From contig JBMRGM010000038.1 of assembly GCA_052327205.1 (NCBI GenBank), positions 9,300,001 through 9,364,000 on the forward strand: a stretch of DNA of 64,000 nt. Reading direction: 5' to 3'. The DNA is from Somniosus microcephalus. Taxonomy: Eukaryota. The notes below the pieces were generated by a model, which had not been told where the DNA came from, searched no databases, and was given only the letters and a program-made list of their open reading frames with translations. Numbering within the stretch: position 1 is the stretch's first letter; every line of letters starts with the position of its first letter. Positions 25,162 to 36,422 of the stretch are shown piece after piece. The translations under genes were made by a program, and so were the position numbers.

Positions 25162-27139
25162 TTCCACCCTTTCGATACTTCCAACTTGCTTGCAGCATCC
25201 ACTTGAAGAAGTGAGCAGAATTTTCTGACCCCCGACAAACAACCATCCCCTGTATTAACCTATACCTACCTATCACTGATTCCCCGACCTGTCTATTCCA
25301 CTCAAATCTGAGAAAGACCGTGGTACGGTAGGCATCTACAGATACATCAATTACAAAATGTTACAAGAAGGGGTCTCATACCCCTGCACCACTTGTTACA
25401 TTATTTCATATTACAAAATGTTGCAATCTTAGATATATAATGCAATCAAAATGGTCCCAAGCACGGAGAGGGTCCTACGCCGCTGCACCACTTGTAAGTG
25501 TAAAACAAGATACAAAATCTCCATTAAACATACAAAGCAAAATGCTGAAATAAACCCAACCATCACGTGCCAATGATGGGTTGTGAAATGCGAGTGGTTA
25601 TTGCTCCTCCCACCCGGGCAGTAAATGTTCCTTCCACCCACCCTTTAATTGTCTTAAACCTTTAAAACATACAGAATGGAGTTACAGAACAGTCTGATGC
25701 ACCAGCCCCGAGATGTTCCCTTGTCCCTTTGTGGAGGCGGGTACCTCTCATGTTTCATAGACTAAGACCGGAGAGTATGAGATCAAAACTCCCAGTCCCT
25801 CCCCCTCCCATCTTCCCTCGACTTGCTGGAGAAAATGATGGGTGCCTGTGCAGCGGCCCCCACTGGCCCCACACTCACACTAGGATCCCAGATCCAGCCA
25901 CCCACTCATCCTTCCCAGCCACACTTACACTCCAACTTGGTCCATGGGCCCCAGGTGAGTTCCTCCCTTCACAAACGCACACACGCGACACTTGGGTCTC
26001 CGCCTACCCTTTGCAATCTTTCCCAGGCCAACACCACCACTTCAGGGGAATGCGTCCCTATCTGACAAGGCGCCCGCACTTACCCACCATGACTCCTCAA
26101 AAGCGAGGTCTCCCGCAAGCGAAATTCGGTCAGGATAGTGCTGGGTTGAGGGCCATGCCCCACCCAGCTGGGGCAATCTCTTCCACGTAGGATGAGTAGG
26201 CACGTTCCTCTGGACCCTGTCTGGTTTCTCCTGAAGGTTGCTGCGGGGTCTCCTCCTGGATTTGTCCAGTGACGAGGTGGTCCCCAACATTCTGTAACCA
26301 TATCTTCATTCAATGCCCAGCTCGGGCTGGGCGAACAGGGCTGCTCCTTTGTCGACTCTCCTGCAAAAAACTTAAAACGGCATGAAGCCAGGTCTCTCAC
26401 TGACCTGCTGCCTTAGGTGGAGGCATGGTCAGGTCCCTTAACCTCGGACCAAAATACAAGCATTTGGTGCACTTATAAACTTAAACTTTAACTTAAGCTC
26501 AAACTACTAGTAAAAACAAAACTTAAAATTCAAACACCTTAAAAGCAAGTTATAAACTCAAATGTATAATACAAATGCCACTCGTCTCCGGACGGCCAGG
26601 CTAATCTCTGGTGTCACTGTCGCAGATTACTGCTGCCTGCAATGAAGCTGGACTGATTCCAACTTTTGGTCCCTCACAGCTTATGGCTTCTGATTGCAGA
26701 CCTCTGCCCTTTGGCTTCTCCCTGGTTCGGGGGATCAGCCTACTCCACTGTAAAGTGGGTGACCATCTTATCTCGGGCTTGCGGACCCGCTGAGTTCTTC
26801 TGAGCCGCGTCTCTGTGGGGGAAGCTTTGGCTGATGGAACCTGAGCCTGGGTCGCAGCCCTAGCTGGCTGGGAACCTTCTCCCCCTGATGCCAACAGCCT
26901 GCACTGTTTAATATAACTAGCAGTCTGCTAGTACTCCGGGTTTGTCTCCTTTTTCCTACCTACTCCTGTACTGGGGGCAGGTATTCCCTCACCACCCGCT
27001 GCTGATGGCTGAAAATCTTCCTCTCCAGGTCCAAAACCTGGTATCAGCTCCTCCCATTTGTCCCCTGCAAGAGGGATTGCTATCCCCCGTCCCCAGAGTC
27101 CCACACCATAGGGGGAACCAATCTAGAAGCGGGCTGGGA

Positions 27140-27900
27140 GGCTTGTCCCTTTAAACAGGCAACTGTGCCTGCGCAAACCCCCTCCCCGGAGTCCCATGGC
27201 AGAGGCTGTGAAGCCTCTGTCTTCAGACAGGCAACTGCACCTGCGCAAACCTCCTCCCCAGAGTCGCACGTGAAGCCTCTGTCTTCAAACAGGCGACTGC
27301 GCCTGCGCGGGAAAACCGAAGGGGAGCCGCTGGGGTCACAGGCTGGGGAACCGCGCATGCGCGAAGCTCCTCCTGAGAGTCCTGCAGCACAGGCTGCGAA
27401 GCCTCTGTCTTCAAACAGGCGCCAGCGCCTGTGCGGGAACGCTGAGGGGGAGCCGCTGGGGTTACAAGCTGGGGAACTGCACCTGTGCATTCGATTTCAC
27501 TGAAAAAGGTAGGAAGGACCGCTGGGCCTTCCAAGCAGGCTACTGCGCCTGCACGTATAGACTGGGGAGCAGGGACCTTTAAATGGCCGACTGCGCCTGG
27601 ACAAACCTCCTCCTCGGAGTCCTGCGGCAGAGGCTATGAAGCATCTGTCTTCAAACAGGCGACTGCGCCTGCGCAGGACAACTGAAGATGAGGGGCTGTG
27701 GCCAAAGGCTGGTGGTCTGTGCCTGCGCGAACTTGGTGTTTGGAAACCTCTCCCCTCAGGCGCACGACTGCGCCTGCGTGCACCTGGTCTTGGGAAACCC
27801 CTCCCCTCAAGCGCGCGACTGCACCTGCGTGCACCTCTTGTTCAAAAGACTGGGGAATCCCTGTCTCCAGACTAGCAACTACGTATGCGCGGGCAGTCTT
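27140..27900. repeat. Array of about 12 degenerate repeats (core caggcgactgcgcctgcgc) downstream of integrase
   Basis: Repeated tcttcaaacaggcgactgcgcctgcgc-type units; the minus strand encodes recurrent AGAVACLKTEAS. Confidence 0.85.
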
Positions 27901-30900
27901 TTCTGTGAATGAACTCGCAGCAGCTTGCAGATTTCTACTGTCAGGCTGCTGTTTCTCTGTTTCTGAACTAGATAACTGGTTCAAATTTAAACTTTGGCCA
28001 AAACTTAGGTGCCACTGGGGCGGGGAAGTGTCCCAATTCGTAGGCCGGACAACTTTTCCCTTGAAACAAGCCACAATGCCTGTCCTAACAGCCTGTGATA
28101 TTGAACTTGTATGGTCAGATTTATACAATTTGCATTGGTTGGCGTGGAACCACTTTGTGCACCGGGGTAGTTTTACTGAATAGACCATGGGGCTGGCCCT
28201 ATCAACTATACTATAGGGTCCCATGTAGATTGGCTCTAAACTTCCCACCCAGGCATAGTTTCATACCATCACTAGGTCTCCTAACACCCACTGGTGGCTT
28301 CTGCTGGGCTCGAGCAGCAGCTGGTTATTCCCATGATGCTTCCCCATGCTGTCTGCTGCCTGCCCATAAATTCGTTTGAGGTGTTCCAGGAGGGTTCGGG
28401 TGAATTTATCCTGGCTTATTTCCTGCAGTTGTCCTTCAGTGAGGACTAGGGCAAGGACATGAGTGAAGGTCCTCAGAACTCTGCCGGTCATGAGCTCATG
28501 TGGTGAACGCCCTATACTTTTGGACTGGCTAGCCCGGATCCCCATGAGGATCAGAGGTAGGGTCTCTGCCCATTTTTTGGGTGACCCCGCGACCTCTTTC
28601 CTCAGTCTTTCTTTAAGGGTGTGGTTCATACGCTCCATAATCCCTGAGGGCCGCGGGTTGTAGGCTACGTGCCACTTCCCTTGAATACCAAGCAGCCTGA
28701 GGGTGTTCTGCATGACTTGGCCAGTAAAGTGGCTTCCCTGGTCAGACTCCACGAACTGGGGCAGTCCCCACCGCGAGAACACCTCCTTCGCCAAGATCTT
28801 TGCAGTCCCCATTGCTGTGGCCGTCCTTCAGGGGAAGGCTTCCACCCTTCAGGGGAAGGAAAACACATCCACCAGGATGAGGCAGTATTTGCAGCCTCCT
28901 TGGGTGGTGGGCAAGGGCCCTATATAGTCGATCTGGATCGACTGCCATGGTCCCTCCACCTTCCTAATGTGTCCCATGAGTACCTTCCTTTTGTGGGGAT
29001 CGGGGTTATTTGCTGCACACACAAGACAGCTAGCACAGAACTCACGGACATCATCCTGGAGACCTGGCCACCATCCCGCCTGTTCCACCCATTGCCAGGT
29101 GGTCTCAGGCCCGGGGTGTCCCGCTCACAGCCCCTCATGTGCCAGATGAAGCAACTGCCTCCGGTGTTGCTGGGGTACTACCCACTGTTCCCCCTGAACA
29201 GCATGCCGACCCTTATGGAGCGGTGGGCTGCACCGTAAGGGCCTTCTAACTTCCTGCCCTCCACCACTGCACTCATGACAACTTTCAGGACTGGGTCCTG
29301 GGCTTGGACTGTCTTGAGGTCTGGGGCTAACACTACCCCTGAGCTCCCTTGGGTCCCATCCCTACCTCTAACTGCCGCCACGGGCCCAGACTCATACAGG
29401 TCTCAGATAGTGCCGGTGTGTGCGCCCTCCTTGGCCAGCATGTCGGCTTGCTGGTTTCCCTGGCTGCGGGGTTCTGTGGAAGAATGGGCTTTCACCTTAT
29501 GGATGAAAACTGCACCTTCCTCCCACACAGCTGCCAGGATTTTCTCCAGCAGGGGCTTTACTGTCAAGGGCTTCCCGTCGGCGGAGGTATATCCACGACG
29601 GGACCAGATGGCCAGGTACTCCGTACATGAGCTGCAAGTGAACATACTGTCAGAGCAAATCCTATACGGGGTACGGAAGATGTCGGTGTGTGTAACCACG
29701 TACATCATCGTGGACAGTTCAGCCTGCTGGGCACTCATGGTGTTAGGGAGCTTGTTTGCCAAGGTAATGCCTGCCATTGTGTCAAAGATCCCGCAAACCG
29801 TGAGTCGAACCCCAGCGGATACCATGCTGGAACCATCTACATAGACTCCCAGCCCATAAACCTATGTTGAATTCCCATACCCCATCTATGGAACATCAAT
29901 GGGCTGTTCCAGGGTATACCATGTTGGCCGCAAGCTTTGGCTCGCAAAGGCCCTTTACCTTCATATCCATCTGCGAGAGGAGGAGGTTCCAGCGTGCAAT
30001 GCGGGCACTGCTCACTGTCCCATCTTTAATCCTCCCATCCAAAAGCATCTGGGTGGGTGTGTGGTGTGTGAGGAGGGTGATGGGAGAGGTGCCTGTGAAA
30101 ATTAAAGATCTTTTCACAGCCCAATATGTGGCCAAAAGGTGCCGTTCACAGTTGGAGTAGCTCCTCTCCACATCCGCGAGGACTCTGGAGGAGTAGACCA
30201 CGGGCCTTAGCCTGCTCTGCCGCTCCTGGAGCAGCACAGCACTGAGACTATCCCCGCTGGCTGCTACCTCCAAGAAGAACTCCCTTTTCCCATCTATCGC
30301 TCCTAGGGCTGGTGCGGTCTGCAGGTCTCCCTTTAACTTAACAAATGCTGCCTGGCATCCCTCATCCCAGGACCACTCCACTCCCTTGTGTAGGAGATGG
30401 AGCAGAGGGGCTGCTGTGGCTGCATAGTCCTCTATAAAATCCCTGCATTACCCTGTCAATCCCAGGAACGACCTCACCCCTCTTACTGCATTGGGAATCG
30501 GTAACTCCTGGACCACTTCCCTCCTTGCCCTTTCTCCAGTGCAGACGGCCAGACCCAGGAATTTGACCTCCTGCTGGCCGTTCTGCGCTTTCTTTGGGTT
30601 TACCTTGAAACCACTTTTCCTAAGCAGCTACAGCAGTTCAGCTAATAGTGGGCCGTGCTCCTCTCTTTAATCAGTGAACAGGAGCAGGTCATCCACATAT
30701 TGAACCAACTGTGTGGGCTGGCTGAAATCTTTTAAACTATCTGCCATACACTGGTGGAAGATGCTGGTGCTGTTGTGGAAACCTTGTGGCAGACAGTTCC
30801 AGGTATACTGTTGCCCCTTAAAGGTAAATGCAAACTTGTACTGATCCTCCCTTCTTAAAGGGATGGACCAAAACCCATTAGAAATATCCAGCACCGTGAA

Positions 30901-31772
30901 AAAGTTTGCGGATGCTGGAATGATTCCTATCAGGTCGGCAACTGCTGCCACCGTGAGTGCACGGGCTGGAATATTGCTGTTAAGCACCCGATAGTCCACC
31001 GTGGCTCTCCACGTATTGTCCGCTTTTCTGACAAGCTAAAGCGGAGAGTTAACATGGGTGGCTATGGGCCTCAACACTCCCTGCTGCACCAAAGAGGAAA
31101 TGGCTGCCTCCATGTCGGGTTCTGCCTCCTTGGGGAAATTATACTGCCTTTGGGGCTGGGCCATGGGGTCCCCATCCAATCTAACCTCAAACCCTGTGAC
31201 CCTCCCACAGTCATGTTTATGCATGGCAAATGCAGCTAGATTAGCCTGCACGACTGCCTGGAATTCCCCTGGGACACCCTCGACCATGAGCCCGCGGTTG
31301 TAACCTTCTTTAGGCTTCACAGTGCACCGGGTCCCCTTTCCTTCCTTGCTGGGGATGATTACTACACCTTCCTCTCCACCCGTGTTGGCTCCCCACAGGC
31401 AATGATTGCGGAGATCCACGAGGATCCCGTGGCCCAGCAGGACGTCGGCTCCTAGGTTCCCCTTTCCTCCCTCCGCCTCCCACCTTGCCAGGATACACGT
31501 CCATTCGGTCCGGATCGAGCCCAGGCTGATTGAGAGCGGCTTGGTGTATACCCCCACCTGCTGCTGACCGGTGAATCCCGATATTATGTATGGAACCCCA
31601 TTAGCCAGAGGTGGGGTGAAGTGATCGGATTATCCATATGGATCACGGTGCATGATGCCCACATATCCAATAGATAAGTCCCTGTAACCTTCTCTACCTC
31701 CATCTGCACGAGCGGTCTCTTCCATTCATCGTACCGGAGATTACACAGGTAGACAGGCTGTGTGGGCTATAG
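27634..31772 (-). pseudogene. pol of element 1: protease, RT, RNase H-like tether, RNase H, integrase
   Basis: PR YLLDMWASCTVI (about 31670); RT FTVLDISNGFWSIP, LPQGFHNS, YVDD; tether FFLEVAAS..AVLLQ..RPVVYSSR; RH YVDGS (29843), SAQQAEL, SDS, KVKAH, GNQQADMLAK; IN zinc finger, IQIDYIGPLP, SDQGSHF, MERMN, GPY. Confidence 0.92.
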
Positions 31773-33077
31773 TCATAGTGGGGCGGCAGAGGTGGGTGAG
31801 GGGGCTGCAGCATCATTGATGGCTGCTACCTTTCCATGATTGGCCCTGAGGAAAGATCTTATCGACTCCAGAACGGACTCGACTGTATCGGGAGGAGTTT
31901 CTGTCTCTGCCTTCTGAGCTTGGGTTGCGGGGGCCCTGGCTTTATCGTCTCTTCCAGGCTTTTTACAATCACTGCGCCAGTGGCCTTCCTACCCGCACCT
32001 GTAACAAGTGACCATGTTCTGGGAGGGACAGCTCCCCTCCTGGCGCCACTCTTTCTTATATTGAGCCCCAGGTATAACCTCGTAACCTTACCCTTCTGCT
32101 GGTGGGGTCCCACTATTCCTATCATTCACGGGTGGACCGTACCTCCGTTGTCGGAGCGGGTACACTGGTCCTGGTCCCCGCCTGCCTAGCGGGAACTGCT
32201 GGCATTCTCCTACCACCCCATTGCCCATCCCTTCTTGCTGCCAGAGCTCCTCAAAACTCGGAGCTGTGGGCTGCGGTCTTGTGATCTCTAATTCCCTGGC
32301 CAGCTCTGTTCTGGGTGTTACCTGTGGGGCGGTTTGATTTGGGCTGCTGGTACAATCCGGCTGGGCTGCCTTCGGGCTGATCAGGCAAATCATCCCCTTT
32401 CCACCTTTTAAAGCCATCTTAAGGCTTTCTATCTCTGCCCTACAGGGGCCATGATCTGCTCCACTAAACCTTTGTTCGCAGGCCAGCTTATGAGCTGCCT
32501 TTACCTCAGTAACCCTTCCCTCCTGCTCTGTTACGTCTGAGGTGAGGTGGGCATTCTCTTCCCACAGTCTCATCTCGTTACTCTTTGCTTCTGTAGTTTG
32601 GCACTTTAGGAACTCTATCTTGTGCCTCGCATGGGTTTTGCCCTTGCTATCTTCTTATGTGAGGTGTGCATTTTCCTCCTGTAGCCTCATCTCACTGTCC
32701 CTAGCCTCTGTGATTTCCTGCACAAGGCACTCTATCTCTGCCTGGCATTTTGTGACCGCTAGTGTGAGGCGTGCATTTTCTTCACGCACCTTCATCCCAC
32801 TATCTCTGGCCTCATTCACCTCTCTTATGAGGCGTTCTACCTCGGCCTGGCATTTTTCAAACTCAGACTCCCGATTCTTGGTCTCTGTAACCTCCTCCCA
32901 CATCTCACCCTTCTTAACCCAGCCACCTATAACATAACAGGTCAGCTTACACATTGCTGCTAACTTCTGCAGGGCTACCCACAGACTGAAAGCAAGAAAA
33001 GCAAGAGCTGATGCTCTCTCTAGATCCAGAACACTTATCATATCAAAAACTGCCTCCAGTCCTGCCGCGGTCGCCAA
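31773..33077 (-). pseudogene. Gag-region ORF of element 1: hydrophobic segment, coiled-coil repeats, Pro-rich region, CCHC knuckle
   Basis: ASALAFLAFSLWVAL; repeated KCQAE.E.L..E..EARDS.M...EENA.LT; CYRCG*EGHWRSDC near 31970-32010; several in-frame stops. Confidence 0.8.
33058..33076 (-). promoter_or_regulatory. Primer-binding site, tRNA-Arg(TCG)
   Basis: Plus strand agtcctgccgcggtcgcca equals the 3' end + CCA of vertebrate tRNA-Arg(TCG) as recalled; it lies 3 nt from the LTR. Confidence 0.88.
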
Positions 33078-33079
33078 AT

Positions 33080-35213
33080 TGTAGGGGGCATCTTTTACCT
33101 GGTTTATGGTAATTTACCTTCCTTTACCTGGTTTATGGTAATTTACCTGGTCATGCAGCTTTTTTCCACTGCACTCTGTGACCAATTCCAATCAGCATTT
33201 TCGAATTGTTAAACCACCCCTTCCAGTTCTGACTGGAGGAACTTATAATTAATGATATATTAAAAACGGACAAATGATCTGGATGTAAGAAAGTCAAACT
33301 TTATTAACTAAATAAACTACACCACACAATCAATGTAATCACTGTAAAAATGCTTACACAGTGGAGGGAAAAACGGGCATAATGAGGGAAAATGACGAAA
33401 AAATCAATTCTTAACGAAATCCCACTTTACCCCCCACCCCTAAGCCTATCCTAAGTTGCCTTGTGGTAGGTCAGAAAAATGCCAGTTACCTCTGTGCCCT
33501 GCGATCTTAGATCTTCACTGCCCAGAAGTGAAAAACACCCCAATGTTTTAGAAGTAAACTGCTGTGGCTAGAAATTGACTTTGGGGCGGCCAGCTCGCTT
33601 GCGCCCAGAAATTACCGCTGCGCGCGGGGCCACTTGCGCCCACCGGATATTCAGTTTCAGCACCCCAAGTCGAAGCCGGCCGCAAAACTAGGGTTTCGGC
33701 GCCCCCACTTGGGGCGCTGAAACTGAATATCGGCACGCTAAGTGCCGCAGCACCACCTGCTGCGGAGCGGCAGGCTGCGGTACTGCAGGCCTTCCTCCCT
33801 CTCTTAAGGGGGAGGTGCCTGCAACAGCGCAATCGCCACTCGCTAGTGCCGGCAAATGAGCCCGGCACCACGGAGAAGTGCCGGGTCCCGGAAAACAGCC
33901 GGCAATGTCGCGGGGGGGGGGTCGAGGAGGCCGGGGAAGGAGGTGTGGGAAGGCGGCCGCTGAAAAAGCGGCCGGCCGCACATCCGCCTTAACTCGCCCC
34001 ACTACCGCATCAGGTAGGTCCCGTTTTCTGGTCGCTGTATGCGGCCGCCGCGGAAGAGGCGGCCGCAACTCAATATGGCGGTCGGGCCGGTAGCAGGGCG
34101 GTAGCGGGGCACTGCGCACACCGATGACGTCATCGGTGGTGGCGCAGCGCTGCTGGCTAATGCCGCCATTACCGCACCGCTGAATATCGGGGGAAGTTTA
34201 GCAAGTGGCGCAAAAGCCCTCTTTGGGCGAAAACTGGGCGCAAAGCCAACCGAATTTCTAGGCCCTGGTGTTTTTACTTCTTGAGACAGAATTCCACGCT
34301 GTAGAAAGCACACGGAGGCAGGCAAGAGAGAGAGAGAGGGATGCTCTGAGAAGCTATCTCTTATACCCCAATTTTGTGGCCAAAATGTTCCCGTCCAAAT
34401 CCAGAAGTTTCTGGGCTAAAACAAAAGGATCCAAACCCTCCCCTCTCTGGGATGGGTTTGAATAAAGTTGCCATTGTCTGTGATGGCTATCGATAATACT
34501 GCAGGGGTTTTGATGTCTCTTCATTCTGGGGCCGAAATGTTCCCACCTAAATCCAAGTTAATCTGGGCTAAAACAGAAGAATCCAAACCGTCCCCCCTAC
34601 CCTTTGTTTAGTAATGGGTGATTCAAACCCATTCAATCTTAAACTGTTCCTTTTCTTAGTCTCAAAGTCTCTTCCGTAGTTTGGGTGTGTCTCATGGTGT
34701 GTGATGGGTTTTGAATGGAGTTGGATTACTAGGTAAACAGAAGCCCTTTGTCCTCCGGTCACTGAAACCGCAGCCTAAGTGGATAATCCTTTATGTCAAC
34801 ATAAACAAACATCGATTGCCTCTGAAGGGAAGGGAAACTCCCTTTTTGATTGACAGAATCTGACTGCCACTGCTTCGACCCTCTCCCCCTTTTCACAGAC
34901 ATCCACGAGCTGCTTCCAAGCCTCTTTGTCCTGGGCCATGCTTTTCTGACGGCCATTTTTCAATTTACCAAACTCAAGAGTACAAATTTTAATAAAATGT
35001 ACTGTCTTAAAGTGTGTGAATTTTTCCACAACGTTCCTCGATTCCAGTGTTGTCCACGTGCCGCCCATCTCAACGCAGCCTTTTGCGTTTCTGGGCACAT
35101 TTTTAAACATTGTCCAACCCAGAGACAATTTAAAGTCACGCACAGTCTCTGTCCACGATGTGAATTAATATCTCCAGTATCTTCGGGGCTGAGGGATTTT
35201 GTGAACCCCTACA
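33080..35213 (-). repeat. 5' LTR of element 1 (contains a MITE insertion)
   Basis: Collinear with 23721-25161 apart from the 700-bp insert. Confidence 0.93.
33565..34264. mobile_element. GC/CpG-rich MITE, probably PIF/Harbinger type
   Basis: Absent from the sister LTR; imperfect TIR tggctagaaattg / gaatttctaggcc; 3-bp TSD CTG (33562-33564 and 34265-34267). Confidence 0.85.
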
Positions 35214-35850
35214 GCGTCGAAGACAGAGTCGAGGTTAAGGAGATCTTCAAAGTGATCCTTCCATCGGGCACTGACTGCCTCTCTGTCCTTGATGAGTACC
35301 TCTCCATTCTTGGCCCGCAGTGGGGAAGGGCCTTGGGTGCTTGGGCCGTAGGTGGTCTTGACTGCTCTAAAGAATCCACGCACATCGTGGTTGTCAGCTA
35401 GCTGCTGGATCTCCTGTGCTTTCACCACCCACCATCTGTTCTTTTGGCCACGAGTTTTTTGTTGGACCTCGGCCTTCAGGCGTCTGTAGAGCTGCTTTCT
35501 TGCTCTTGAGTTCTGTTGCTGTTTCCAGATCAGGAATGCCTTGTGCTTGTGGCTTATTAGTTCATGGATTTCCTGATCGTTCTCATCGAACCAGTCTTGG
35601 TGTTTCCTGGTCGAGTGACCGAGCGTCTCTTCACAGGTGCTGATTAGGCAGACCTTGAGTTCAGACCAGGCGCTGTGGGCACTCTGGGTCTCTGCATCAC
35701 TGGGAGTTGTCAGGATGTTGGTGAGGCGCAGGCTGAATAGGGCCTTCTTAGCACGGCCTTTGAGTGCACCAGCATTGATTTTCCTGCGCCATTCTTTCTG
35801 TTGTCGCTGCTGATTTGGGGTCACATTGATGTAGCATCTTTGAAAGTGCG
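35214..35850 (-). mobile_element. RTE-clade LINE fragment (EN-RT linker)
   Basis: RKHQDWFDENDQEI, WWVVKAQEIQQLAD, FFRAVKTTYGP, RWKDHFEDLLN. Confidence 0.85.
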
Positions 35851-36382
35851 ATCCAATTAGTCCCACTCTGCTGCTCTTCCCTCATAGCCCTGCTGTCCCT
35901 CTTGCCACTGGAAACAGTTTCCCCCATAATTTTGATCACCTCTATTACATCTCCTATGGACCGTGATTAATGTAGTTCAACGTGGGCAAGTGTCAGATCA
36001 TTCACTTTGGGCCTAAGAAAGATCAGTCAGTGTATGTTCTGAAAACATCATGTCAGAGAATATTTTTTTTCTCTGTGAAATTTAACAAAAGTTGCCCCAG
36101 ATCCCTGCTCTCACAAGCAATGAACATTTTAAGTATTCTCCTAAAATACAACGTGTAAAATGAGATCTGGGTTAGCAGTTCAGCACATGCAAAGAGCAAA
36201 AGAAATGAGTGAAGTTTCGAATGTCCCTCAGTAACCATATTCTCATTTCTTTCATTCTGCAAAAGAAAGTTGTTGGTTCCTTAATGGTGATTAAAACAAT
36301 TCATATTTTATTATGTTATATGCATGTTATTAATTTAATAAACTTTCTTCGCAGTAATTAAAAACGGTGATATCAAATTTAA

Positions 36383-36422
36383 TTCCATAACCGGGAATCG
36401 AACCTGGATTGCAGCACTGATA
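36383..36422 (-). pseudogene. tRNA-Glu-like 3' fragment
   Basis: ttccataaccgggaatcgaacctgg resembles the reverse complement of the tRNA-Glu 3' end (ttccctgaccgggaatcgaacccgg). Confidence 0.5.

Larger units (their letters stand above)
23721..35213 (-). mobile_element. Retrovirus-like LTR element 1 (dual RNase H; lokiretrovirus/Odin-like or divergent Gypsy/ERV), decayed
   Basis: LTRs tgtagggg...cccctaca, PBS for tRNA-Arg, purine tract next to 25161, gag-PR-RT-tether-RH-IN order, no TSD. Confidence 0.9.

Noticed and set aside
25429-26400. env gene of element 1
   Set aside because: Only short ORFs; no signal peptide, furin site/fusion peptide or long ectodomain is recognisable.
27140-27900. Repeat-spacer-like pattern resembling a CRISPR array
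   Set aside because: Spacers are mutually related and irregular in length, and the array lies inside an LTR element.
33548-34325. GC-rich ORFs suggesting a gene or CpG-island promoter
   Set aside because: They fall within a TIR/TSD-bounded insertion that is absent from the sister LTR.
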